A program made the translations under genes and the position numbers. DNA of 63,011 bases, the filler included, from Octopus bimaculoides (lineage: Eukaryota), in assembly GCF_001194135.2 (NCBI RefSeq). It is 7 parts of 7 records of this genome, joined end to end, with 100 filler letters (N's around TTAATTAATTAA, not from the genome) between each part and the next. Parts side by side here need not be neighbours in the genome. Positions count along the whole stretch, not along the records: positions 26,896 to 48,030 come from NC_068982.1; positions 48,131 to 50,294 come from NC_068990.1; 5 more parts are not named here. One strand, 5' to 3'. Numbering within the stretch: position 1 is the stretch's first letter; every line of letters starts with the position of its first letter. Positions 36,368 to 48,329 of this stretch are shown here, one piece after another. Under the pieces are notes generated by a model that was given only the letters and a program-made list of their open reading frames with translations, searched no databases and was not told the DNA's origin.

Positions 36368-38939
36368 ATGAAGTGTACAAAGATTAATCTATTTTCAGGA
36401 TTGCATATGAAACCAGTGCTGCTTTTGTGTTAGTTTCAACCCAAGTAGCGACCTAAACAATAACAATATTGTTTCGTAGATAACAGAACTTAAAGGGTTA
36501 AACAGTTCAGTTTTTGCCAGGCAGTGTTGTGTGATTGAAAGTGATGTGGATGCTATTTCAAGCTAATCAAACAACTATGTGCTGGTATTTAGCCTCTAGT
36601 CAGCCCTGATCAAATAAACATACAGCAAAAGGATTTTCAGCTGTTGTCGTCACATCTATTATTATTCAAACATAGTCTCTTTAGGAATACACTACTTATC
36701 CTTCCTTTAAAAATATAAACCAGTTGGGTGCGATTTGAGAGAAATTTGGTTCTTATCTCCCACAAGTCAAATGACCTCAAAAAGAGTCCTTTCTCACTGG
36801 TCATTAAAATTTACTTTCTTTTGTTTTGTGTTTTCTACTTAGGTGCATAAACCAAATATTGAAGGAGTAAATATAACTGAGTAGGTTGTTCTTTATTTCT
36901 GCTCTTTATTTTATTGACCCAAGAAAAGATGAATGCAGTTAAACCAAATGTGATTTAAATACATTCAGAACAGGGGGCTGAAATATAATGCTGTAAGGTT
37001 TTTTGTCCAACGTACAGCAGTTTTAACCAGCTCCTTCTTCTTGTTGAGGCATACATTAAAAGAAGACGAAGATAAAAATGAAATTACTCTGAAATGTTGT
37101 TGTAAGACAATAATTTCTTGGAGAAAACAAAGAAAAGGAAACGTTTCAGACAGACACATGTTTTGTACTTGTGAAACAAAGTCTATAAAATGTCTCTCTT
37201 TACAGGAGGGAGAAGAGAACAACTAACTGCAAGGCATGATGAGAAGCTTGTCTAGTGAGAGAAGACAAATAGGGTTCATATAACATGGTTTATTTTCTTT
37301 CACATAACATTAAACAATACTACAAAGATATCATGAACTGCAACAATACCAACAACATCAACAACAGTACCAAGTAACAGACTTTGTTGTTTTGATTTAT
37401 ATTGTTCATCATTTCTGCTGTGCAGTATGATTATATCCTAGTATCTATCTTTGCAATGCTATACGGAAGTAGTTTGTTCATGTTTTCTCTAAGCTGACAT
37501 GATGACTAATAAAAGAATTTTATTTTGAATCAGGGTAGATATGCTTTTTTGAAGATATTCATGCCTTTCCCAAGAACATTAGTATTATAATGTAAAGTTA
37601 AACAGCTACACATAGGGTGCAAAACCACATTACATTCCATGTTATGTCCCTCACATATTCGAACCATGGAGACTGCATGTAGCCAAAATTTATAAAATAA
37701 TATGATTCATCAACAAGAAATTGCAGCCAAATCTTCTGTTTTAAAAAGGAAAAAAACTCTTTGGATGATATAGTCTTAATTTATAGTCCTTAATCGATCC
37801 CAAATTGTGTTGCACCATGCATCTATTTGTTTCTACTTGCCAGGTTTGTCTTTGGACTATAAAAGTTTGTTTTTTTTCACTTTGTTTTGGCTCCCTTATA
37901 TTTTCTGTAGTGAGCTAGTCCTTACAAAAAGAGGCTACTACTTTGAAATATAACTTTCCTAAGTCCAAGTAAAAGAATAGGGTTGAACTAGGGGCTAGCA
38001 GCCAGAGACAAACATGGCAAGTATGAACAGCTTGATGTGTGGTGCAACACCACCTTGGATGGATTAAGGACTACAAGTTAAGACTATATCATTCAATGAG
38101 TCCTTCTCTCTTAAAGCAGTCAGATGCAATTTGAAGAAGGTTTGGCTATAATTTCTTGTTGATCAACCATATTATCATGTTATAAATTTTGGCTACATAG
38201 AAATATACTGATGTTTTTTATCATTACTTTCTGTGATGATAACAGGGCAATGATCATGGTTTCTGTTCCAGACAGTGTCTCAGTTGCACATGACATAAAA
38301 TATTGAGACTAAGATATCTAGTGGTAGTCAGCATTAATATCAGGAAAAATCATTTAATTAAGATTGTACATTTGGTTAGGTTTGTGTATCATGAGATGAG
38401 GAAAATGCTGTCTCAAACAAGAGATTTTGTTGGAGAGAGAGACATCGGTTCATTAAAGTTTAATGGCATTGATAGTATAAATGTTTGATGAGGCTGTATG
38501 GTAGTACTGAAACTGTATATGCATGATGATTATGTATAATAGCAGAAAGCGTAATTACATTTGTATGTATGTATGTATGTATGTATATTATCGTCACCAT
38601 CATCATGCCCATATATTGTAAAAATTGTGTGTACAAATATATGTATAACTGCTACTGTTAAATTCAGAGCTCTACATGAATGATCATAATCCAGCCTATT
38701 TTCAATGATGATGATAAAACACCTTGCTATCTATTCAACTTTTGATATAACATCTGTAACTTAATGCAATAAAGGTTTCCCTGATGATCCTTTGTGGAGA
38801 AACACCTATTGAAGGATTCCTGACAACCATAATGATGAAATCCATGTAGGAACTGTAATATAAGTTTGTGTTACCCTGCATTCACTCTCTTGTTCCTATC
38901 TTATCTAAATTAACTATTGCTTAACCATCTTTTCACACC

Positions 38940-38976
38940 GTCTCCGATGAAGGGATATAATAAATATCCTGGAAAC
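38940..38976 (+). ncRNA. Degenerate Penelope-type hammerhead ribozyme remnant
   Basis: GTCT-CCGATGA-stem GGATAT/ATATCC-GAAAC; stem III and cleavage triplet missing. Confidence 0.4.
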
Positions 38977-39170
38977 ACCTTCTATCTATAAATGTTCTAT
39001 AATTTACGCAGCCTTGGTTTTCTATCTCATTGCGAAAAGTAAATCCTTATATATATATATATAAAGGTTTAGATTTAGATTCAAAAATTGAATATGGTAC
39101 TTATGTTTAGGCACCAGAATATAGTATGGTATGGTATTATATAAAAACCATTCCAAAAACTAGGTGATCA

Positions 39171-39375
39171 AAAAAATCAAAATAAGCAACACGGATTTTA
39201 ATGATGGTTGCAGTACGCACGTTTCATGCTACTCCATTTATTTAAGTAGTGCAGCTGAAGATTGCTCTACATATTGCATTTAATGTAATGCTCGCATTAC
39301 TTAAATAAATGGAGTAGCATGAAACGTGCGTACTGCAACCATCTTTAAAATCCGTGTTGCTTATTTTGATTTTTT
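39171..39375. repeat. Fold-back: 78-bp arms (39171-39248, 39298-39375), 1 mismatch, 49-nt loop
   Basis: Direct reverse-complement match. Confidence 0.95.
39250..39337 (+). ncRNA. Type I hammerhead ribozyme (Penelope-like)
   Basis: Stem I TGCAG/CTGCA, core CTGAAGA (39255-39261), GAAA (39321-39324), self-complementary stem III ACGTGCGT, GUA cleavage triplet (39330-39332); stem II long and imperfect. Confidence 0.6.
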
Positions 39376-39400
39376 ATATATATATATATATATACATATA

Positions 39401-39458
39401 CTTTATTTAAAAGCAGCAGAAATATATTATATTATGTTTCTGCTGCTTTTAAATAAAG
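39401..39458. repeat. Perfect 22-bp inverted repeat, 14-nt loop
   Basis: CTTTATTTAAAAGCAGCAGAAA / TTTCTGCTGCTTTTAAATAAAG. Confidence 0.95.
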
Positions 39459-40051
39459 CATATTACTCTACCTCTGGTATCTGAGTACTCTTTTTTCCAC
39501 CTTGTTGTACATTTTATGTGCTTACTCCGGTATATATATATAATAATAATGCCTTGATATACAAGTTAATTTGTTCCTGGAGATCAGTCATAAAGTGAAA
39601 ACTTGTAAAGAAGAGCAATAATTTCCCACAGTAGTAATGTTATAAATCATAATTCGTTTCCAGAAAAATATTTTTACTTATAAAATTTATAATATTTGTA
39701 AATAAATGGCAATAGAACAACAGTAGAATGTAAAGAATATTTTATGTAGAATAAAAAGAATGTCAAGATCATTTATAATAAAAGATATTATTATTATAAT
39801 TGTTTTCTGAATCACTTTCACTTGCATTAGGCTAGCACATACCATCATTTGTAAATGTGATCACCAATTCACAAGCACTCATAGACGGACTTGTAGATTT
39901 CTTTTTAAAAAACAAGGCTAGTGTTGTTTGCTTAGAAGAAACTTTTTTCTGCTCACTATAAATTTCTCTGTAACACGCAGAAGAATTTATTGTGGTAGTT
40001 GAAACTTTTATAAGTATATATAAATTTTACATATATATATATATATATATA

Positions 40052-40261
40052 CCTTTTACTTGTGTCAGTCATTGGACTGCAGTCATGCTGGGGCACTGCA
40101 AAAATTTTAGTTGAAAGAATTGACCCTATTTTGCTTATTTAAACTTGGTACTTATTCTATCGGTTAATTTTGCTGAACTGTTAAGTTACGGGAATGTAAA
40201 CACTCCAACATCAGTTGTCAAGCAGTGGTGGAGAACAAATACAGACACTAAGACACACAGA

Positions 40262-40306
<45 letters not shown>

Positions 40307-40466
40307 GACAGGTTTCTTTCGGTTTCAACCTACCAAATCCACTCAAAAGGCTTTGGTTGACCAAGACTATAGTAGACACATGCCAAGGTGCTGCACAGTA
40401 GATCTGAACCCAGAACCATTTGGCTGGAAAGCAAGCATCTTACCACACAGCTACATCTGTGCCTAT
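40052..40466 (-). mobile_element. SINE family B copy
   Basis: Colinear with 42820-43243, central (TA)n. Confidence 0.85.
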
Positions 40467-41057
40467 ATATCTTTATTAATATTCTTTTGGTAGCCAGTGC
40501 TATAATTCTAAGCAACAGTAACAGCAGGCCATATTGGATGTTATATATCCTGGAAGCCACTCAACTACATTGATGTTACTGGCATTAATTTTCCAAGTAA
40601 CACTACTAAAACAGCCCTGTTTACCAAAAACTAATGTTTGGTAGGGGTGGGGTGGGGGCCGAGATATTGGAACAATATTGTGAGACTCATCTTGGCTGTG
40701 CCGACTTAAAAAAAGTTCAAGTTACAATATATTCCAGTATATATCTTCTGTAGACATAACCACAAGCAAAAGAATTATGAAGGGAAAGAGAGAGAGAGAG
40801 AAAGGGATGGAGACAGAGAAGGAGACAGGATGTAAAAAAAAGTAAGGAAGGAAAGAGAGTATGCGGGGTTGATAGTGTGATGTCATAACTACCCAAGCAT
40901 GGGAGGAAATGGGAAACTGGAGGCTCCAAACAGGTCAAATTTGCAAAGCTTACAAAAAAATAACATAATTGCTAAATATGCCATGCAAAATGTCTAATTT
41001 AGTCAAATACTAATGTAACACACCTTGAAATGTTATTTAACAAAGTTATTTATAGTT

Positions 41058-41097
<40 letters not shown>

Positions 41098-41111
41098 GAT
41101 GATGATGATGA

Positions 41112-41458
41112 TGATTCTTTCTACAATAGTCACAAGGCTTGAAATTTAGGGAAGAAAGCTTGTTGAACACTGGGTCGGTTAAATTGGCCCCTAGCACTCA
41201 GCTAGTGCTTATTTTATCAAACCACCCCAAAAGAATTAAAGGCAAAGTCAACCTAGGCCATAATAATAATTATAATGATGATGATGATAATAATAGTAAT
41301 AATCCTTTCTACTAAAGGCACAAGGCCTGAAATTTTGGGTGAGGAGACTAGTTGATTACATTGACTCCCAGTGTTCAACTGGTAGTTATTTTACCGACCC
41401 CGAGAGGAAGAAAGGCAAAGTCGACCTTGGCAGAATTTGAACTCAGAACATAAAGACA
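41112..41458 (-). mobile_element. Two tandem partial SINE family A copies
   Basis: TTCTTTCTAC...AAAGGCAAAGTCAACC and ATCCTTTCTAC...GAACTCAGAAC. Confidence 0.75.
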
Positions 41459-41473
41459 TATGTAAGAGGAACA

Positions 41474-41571
41474 TATAAGATATCTTCTATTGGAAATTCT
41501 ACAAGCATAAAATCGAAAATATTTCTTTTTTATTCTCTGTCTGAAGAATTTCTAATATGAGATATCTTACA
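41474..41571. mobile_element. Short MITE-like element
   Basis: About 27-bp imperfect TIRs TATAAGATATCTTCTATTGGAAATTCT / AGAATTTCTAATATGAGATATCTTACA. Confidence 0.5.
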
Positions 41572-41766
41572 CATTTTTCCTATTTGCATGATTTTGAAAC
41601 TCCTATTAGCAAATGAAACACATGTAATGGTGAATCATTAATACCAAAATATTTTTCCAATCTCCTGTTTTGATGTATGCATGTATGTATGTATGTATGT
41701 ATGTATGTATGTATGCATGTATGCATGTATGCATGTGTGTGTATGTATGTATGTATGTATATATGT

Positions 41767-42236
41767 CATTATTCGGTTTTATTTCAAGATTCCTTGCCAA
41801 TAGAAAAAGAACCAGTTTCGAACCTAGATCCAAGGCTCCTTCATTACGATTTCAACAGCAACAAGTATTTTTGTATGCATGTATATATGCATTATATGTG
41901 CAGATTTGTATATTTTGTTTTATGTATGTATTCTCATGCATATAATTGCATATCTAGACATGCTCATATATACTTAAATGATAAACTTTTGGGAAGTTTT
42001 ACAGTTCTAGTGATGGATTGAATCAGTTGTCTTCAAATCAGCTTTCTCCCTTCTAGTTTTAAGAAGCCTAATTAATCAAGATTAGTATTTAGGCAGTGTT
42101 TTACATATCCCATTGCTCCAATAATTACAGGTATAAACCTGAACTTGTAATCTGGATAGAGTAACTGTAAATTTCTCAATAGTTCTATTTAGGTATTTTC
42201 TTCCTCACTGATTTTTAGCTTTATGTAAACATCCCC
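41767..42236 (-). mobile_element. RLE-type non-LTR element 3' end with (TACA)n tail
   Basis: ELLRNLQLLYPDYKFRFIPVIIGAMGYVKHCLNTNL...SITRTVK; FIPVIIGAxG is the RLE-domain terminal motif. Confidence 0.75.
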
Positions 42237-42279
42237 TAGGCAGCTAATTTCCACCTATGTATGTAAATATGTACATATG

Positions 42280-42318
<39 letters not shown>

Positions 42319-42819
42319 TNNNNNNNNNNNNNNNNNNNNNNNNNNNNNNNNNNNNNNNNNNNNNNNNNNNNNNNNNNNNNNNNNNNNNNNNNNNNNNNNN
42401 NNNNNNNNNNNNNNNNNNNNNNNNNNNNNNNNNNNNNNNNNNNNNNNNNNNNNNNNNNNNNNNNNNNNNNNNNNNNNNNNNNNNNNNNNNNNNNNNNNNN
42501 NNNNNNNNNNNNNNNNNNNNNNNNNNNNNNNNNNNNNNNNNNNNNNNNNNNNNNNNNNNNNNNNNNNNNNNNNNNNNNNNNNNNNNNNNNNNNNNNNNNN
42601 NNNNNNNNNNNNNNNNNNNNNNNNNNNNNNNNNNNNNNNNNNNATAGATGCATATCTGGGTACAGGACGTTGCAAAAAAACGTGGAAAAAATGATAAACA
42701 GAGTACAGAAAACACACAGGCCACATAGAGAACGTTTCTTTCATCAGCTGCCACCATTCTAAAACTAAGTGTTTCGAAGAGTTAATATATTTATATATGT
42801 ATGTAGATATGCATGTATT

Positions 42820-43038
42820 CTTTTATTTTTTATTTTTTTATTTGTTTCAGTCATCTGACTGCAGCCATGCTGGAGCACCGCCTTTAGTTGAACAAATTGA
42901 CCCCAGGACTTATTCTTTGTAAGCCTAGTACTTATTCTATCAGTCTCTTTTGCCAAACTGCTAAGTTACAGGGATGTAAGCACACTAACATCAATTGTCA
43001 AGCAATGGTGAGGGGACAAACACAGACACACAAACATA

Positions 43039-43079
<41 letters not shown>

Positions 43080-43243
43080 GACAGGCTTCTTTCAATTTCC
43101 ATCTACCAAGTCCATTTACAAGGCATTGGTCGCCCCGAGGCTAGAGTAGAGGACACTTACCCAAGGTGCCATGCAGTGAGACTGAACCCGGAACCATGAG
43201 GTTGGTATGCAAGCTACTTATCACACAGCCACTCCTGCACCTA
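42820..43243 (-). mobile_element. SINE family B, near-complete copy
   Basis: A box TGGCTGTGTGATAAG, B box GGTTCAGTCTC, CORE-like GGCACCTTGGGTAAGTGTC, internal (TA)(CA)n, tail TGACTGAAACAAATAAAA. Confidence 0.9.
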
Positions 43244-43304
43244 TGTATGTATGTATTTATATGTGTGTGTGTGTGTATTTTTGTCTACTTGTTTTGACAC
43301 TGTG

Positions 43305-43505
43305 TGATAGTTATAAATGATTGTCACAGTCATACAAGCAGTATCATTAATTTCCAACATTTTTCATGAAAATGTCTGGCCGTCAGGAAATATTTCCTTA
43401 CTTAAAAACAAGATAGGGTTGGCAACATGAAGGGCATCCAGCCATACAAAGTGTACCACAAATGAACTCTGTCCAAACATGGAAAGGTGGATGATCATGA
43501 TGATG
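43305..43505 (+). mobile_element. SINE fragment with Nin/Deu-like domain
   Basis: GGGTTGGCAACATGAAGGGCATCCAGCC motif, (GAT)n tail. Confidence 0.5.
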
Positions 43506-43524
43506 TTGAGGAGTCACAACCTCC

Positions 43525-43770
43525 TTCAGTTTTTTGTTCTTTTACTCGTTTCAGTCAGTTGACTGTGGCCATGCTGGAGCACCACCTTAAAAGGATTTTT
43601 AGTTGAAAAAATTGACCCGAGGACTTATTTTGTATTTTGCTGAACCACTAAGTTGCGGTATATATATACACCAACACCGATTGTCTAGTGATGGCGGGGG
43701 ACAAATATAGACACATAGATAGCCCTACATAGATATATACATATATACAAGCTTCTTACCACACAGCAAC
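43525..43770 (-). mobile_element. SINE family B copy, internally deleted
   Basis: GTGGCCATGCTGGAGCACC...CTTCTTACCACACAGC. Confidence 0.7.
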
Positions 43771-43801
43771 AAAAATAATAATTATTATTAATTATAGCTA
43801 T

Positions 43802-44013
43802 AAGGCAGCAAACAGGCAAAATTGTAAGCACACCAGACAAAACTCACAGCATGTTTTGTTTATTTTTACATTTTGAATTCAAATTTCACCAAGATTGACT
43901 TTACCTTTCATCCTTTTGGGGTCAATAAAATAAGTACCAATGAGTACTGGGTTGACCTAATTGACCTGCTCCTCCCCCAAAATTACTGACCTTGCACCGA
44001 AATTTGAAACCAA
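43802..44013 (+). mobile_element. SINE family A copy
   Basis: GACTTTACCTTTCATCCTTTTGGGGTCAATAAAATAAGTACC. Confidence 0.8.
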
Positions 44014-44231
44014 TACTTATTAATTATAGCTATACAGGAAGTCAAAGTGAGGAGAAGAGAGAGAAGGGGGAGAGTAAAACCAGGGTAATATGAATGACAG
44101 ACCAATGCAGCTTTTTGTTTCCTTCAATCTAATTGAGTAAGGATCCTGATTGATTAATTATAACTTTGGAAGGCATCAATGAGTATAACCTTTTGGACTT
44201 CAGTTCTGTTCTTTGAAGAATAATTCAAGTA

Positions 44232-44434
44232 GCAGACAGGGCTGTATGGTAAGAAGCTTGCTTCCCAACTGCATGGTTCTGGGTTCGGTTGCATTGCGTG
44301 ACATCTTAGGCAAGTGTCTTCTACTATAGTATTGGGCCAAACAAAGCCTTCTGAAAGGATTTGGTAGACAGAAACTGAAAGAAGTCTGTTGTGTATGCAT
44401 ATACATACATACATACATACATATATATATATAT

Positions 44435-44472
<38 letters not shown>

Positions 44473-44485
44473 GCATGTGTGTGTG

Positions 44486-44527
<42 letters not shown>

Positions 44528-44722
44528 ACTACTTGACAACCAGTGTTGGTGTGTTTACATCTCCAAAACTTAGTAGTTCAATAAAGAGACTAAAAATATA
44601 AGTACTAGGCTTAAAAAAATTAGCAAGTACTGGGGTCAATTCATGCAACTAAGAGTTCAAGGCGGTACCCCAGCATGGCCACAGTCAAATGACTGAAACA
44701 AGTAAAAGATCAGAGATATAAG
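44232..44722 (+). mobile_element. SINE family B copy
   Basis: Full head, (TACA)(GATA)(TG)n centre, tail. Confidence 0.9.
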
Positions 44723-44774
44723 AAAGATATAGCAATTCCATCCCTTCTTCAGTAACTTATTGAAGGAATCTCAC

Positions 44775-44935
44775 ATAGGCACAGGCATGGCTGTGTGGTA
44801 AGAAGCTTGCTTCCTAAGCACATGGTTCTGGGTTCAGCTCCACTGCACAGTGCCTTGGGCAAGTGTCTTCTACTACAGCCTCGGGCCAACCAAAAACTTG
44901 TGAGTGGATTTGGTAGATGGAAACTGAAAGAAGCC

Positions 44936-44972
<37 letters not shown>

Positions 44973-45172
44973 TGTGTATTTGTGTTTGTTGCCCCACCAT
45001 CGCTTGACAACCGATGTCAGTGTGTTCACATCCCTATAATTTATCAATTCAGCTTAAGACTCCAATAGAATTAGTACTAGGCTCACAAAGAATAAGTCCT
45101 GGGGTCAATTTGTTCGACTAAAGGCAGTACTCCAGCATGGCCACAGTCAAATGACAGAAACAAGTAAAAGAA
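44775..45172 (+). mobile_element. SINE family B copy
   Basis: Full head, (TA)n centre, tail. Confidence 0.9.
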
Positions 45173-45974
45173 TTGCTCTGTTACCTTCTTGTAACAGCGC
45201 TTCTATGTTTTACGGTAGTAAACTGCTCCCTTCCAAAGTACCTTTTAACAGCTTTGCCTAAGAAATTTAAATGTCTTAACCTAGAACACACCTGATATCA
45301 GGGGTGAACTCATAAGTTTAAGTTTAAATAGACCAGTAACTTAATAATAACTGGCCATATGTAACTCTGAAAATAAATGTCATGGAATCTGGTTTGTTAG
45401 TATCTGGCTGTCTTTGTCAATCTCTATTGAGGTTTTATTTTCTTAAAATTTGTTACAAAAGAAAAATCTGTTTAACCTGACATTTTGTATGTTTGTCCAA
45501 ACATGTATACAAATACGCACATGTGTGTGTTTAAATGTGTGTGTGTGTGTGAGAACACGTGTTTGTATGTATGTGTAGGTTTGTATGCATGTATGTGTGG
45601 TATGAGTGAATATGCATGCTTATATAAATTACAATGAATGTTTATGCCAAAGTTATGAGATTTCTCGGCAGATAACTTTGTAGACACCATCATTCGATAT
45701 TATTTTCATGTTTATTTATTATTATTATTTTTTCTTTTTGATAATATTTGTTCATTTTTAAGTGTATAAATAACATTAAAAACTCAATTACATCCATGAC
45801 ATTCGGTAATAAAAGAGAAACAACAGAGGTAACACAATAAATAACATTAAAAAAAAAAGAAACAGACAGAAAAAAATAACACAAATAAACCAATAACAAC
45901 AACAACAGAATGTCACCTTTTACTGCAGCAATCAAAAGTCAAAATACTTATAAACTACAGCAGCTTATCCCCCC

Positions 45975-46033
<59 letters not shown>

Positions 46034-47967
46034 ACACGCATGCAATGTCAACTTGTGTTTCTGTCTCTGAGTGATGGTAACTAAGTTTGGCAACATGTGA
46101 CATTTCTCCCCAATTTGTGTGTTATGCTGTTCAGTTCAAAGCAACAATGAAAAGCTGGCTGTCTCCTCTGCTTTCTTTCAGTAGCAGCTCTTGTGCCATT
46201 CTATCTTTTTGGCATTCTCTTAAACTGTGTTTGTTCTAGAATTGTTGTCTACAGGACATTCTTGTAGTAACATACACACAGATATACACATGTTCCTGAC
46301 ATATAGCATGGACATATATGCATACATACATGTACATATGCATGTATGTATGTATGCATGTATGTATGTATATGTGTGTGTGTGTGTATAGGTGCATTTT
46401 AGAATTTAGCTTCACAATATTTATTTCTGTCTTTTTTTACCATCTATTTTCATTCTTCTTCTTCTTCTTCTTCTTCTCCCAGCATACCTCTGACTGATAT
46501 CCTGCTCACCACCACCACTACCACCACCACCACCACCACCGCCCCGCCNNNNNNNNNNNNNNNNNNNNNNNNNNNNNNNNNNNNNNNNNNNNNNNNNNNN
46601 NNNNNNNNNNNNNNNNNNNNNNNNNNNNNNNNNNNNNNNNNNNNNNNNNNNNNNNNNNNNNNNNNNNNNNNNNNNNNNNNNNNNNNNNNNNNNNNNNNNN
46701 NNNNNNNNNNNNNNNNNNNNNNNNNNNNNNNNNNNNNNNNNNNNNNNNNNNNNNNNNNNNNNNNNNNNNNNNNNNNNNNNNNNNNNNNNNNNNNNNNNNN
46801 NNNNNNNNNNNNNNNNNNNNNNNNNNNNNNNNNNNNNNNNNNNNNNNNNNNNNNNNNNNNNNNNNNNNNNNNNNNNNNNNNNNNNNNNNNNNNNNNNNNN
46901 NNNNNNNNNNNNNNNNNNNNNNNNNNNNNNNNNNNNNNNNNNNNNNNNNNNNNNNNNNNNNNNNNNNNNNNNNNNNNNNNNNNNNNNNNNNNNNNNNNNN
47001 NNNNNNNNNNNNNNNNNNNNNNNNNNNNNNNNNNNNNNNNNNNNNNNNNNNNNNNNNNNNNNNNNNNNNNNNNNNNNNNNNNNNNNNNNNNNNNNNNNNN
47101 NNNNNNNNNNNNNNNNNNNNNNNNNNNNNNNNNNNNNNNNNNNNNNNNNNNNNNNNNNNNNNNNNNNNNNNNNNNNNNNNNNNNNNNNNNNNNNNNNNNN
47201 NNNNNNNNNNNNNNNNNNNNNNNNNNNNNNNNNNNNNNNNNNNNNNNNNNNNNNNNNNNNNNNNNNNNNNNNNNNNNNNNNNNNNNNNNNNNNNNNNNNN
47301 NNNNNNNNNNNNNNNNNNNNNNNNNNNNNNNNNNNNNNNNNNNNNNNNNNNNNNNNNNNNNNNNNNNNNNNNNNNNNNNNNNNNNNNNNNNNNNNNNNNN
47401 NNNNNNNNNNNNNNNNNNNNNNNNNNNNNNNNNNNNNNNNNNNNNNNNNNNNNNNNNNNNNNNNNNNNNNNNNNNNNNNAGAAAGGAAGTCTGCATCGTT
47501 GGTATGTTGGTAAGGAATTGACAAGGGTAGCTAGAGGTTGGTAGAAGAGGGTGGATGTGGAAGTGGTAAAGGTAGGATAACTGAGAGAGCGAGAGAGAAA
47601 GCGAGAGAGAAAGAGAGAGAGAGAGATTTACAGCACTAACCTGCATGCTGAAGTGTGTGCGTATGCGTGTGCATGTGTGTGTGTGCATGTGTGTCTGTAC
47701 AGGTATGTGACTGCGGTAATGACAGGGGTGGATAGAGGGTAGATATGGATATGGCAGTGGAGGTGGTGGTGGTAGCGGTGGTGGTGGCGGGTGAGGCAGT
47801 TGTCGGATAGCTTAGAGAAATTCACAGAACTGCTATTTACCTAGGTGAACATATATATATATATGTGTGCATATATGCATGTGTGTGCATCTGTGTGTAT
47901 ATATATATATATATGTTTATATGCTTATGTGTGTGAACAATATATGTGTATGTGCATGTATATATAC

Positions 47968-48009
<42 letters not shown>

Positions 48010-48030
48010 ATATATATATATACATATATA

Positions 48031-48130
48031 NNNNNNNNNNNNNNNNNNNNNNNNNNNNNNNNNNNNNNNNNNNNTTAATTAATTAANNNNNNNNNNNNNN
48101 NNNNNNNNNNNNNNNNNNNNNNNNNNNNNN
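48031..48130. other. Artificial 100-bp scaffold join
   Basis: TTAATTAATTAA at 48075-48086 within Ns. Confidence 0.9.
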
Positions 48131-48174
<44 letters not shown>

Positions 48175-48220
48175 GCATACCACACAAGGATGTTAAACAT
48201 GTTTGATTGTAATCAGCTGA

Positions 48221-48329
48221 GATAAGACCTATCACTGCAAGAATAGTCCTTGGAGAAAATTCTTCTCCTAGACTTGAGTAAATATATATATTTTCTCCCA
48301 GGAATACTCTTGCAGTGATGGGTCTTATC
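48221..48329. repeat. Inverted repeat, 40-bp arms (36/40), 29-nt loop
   Basis: 48221-48260 versus 48290-48329. Confidence 0.9.

Noticed and set aside
36970-37226. Plus-strand terminal exon (85 codons after CATTCAG)
   Set aside because: No recognisable homology and no upstream partner exon.
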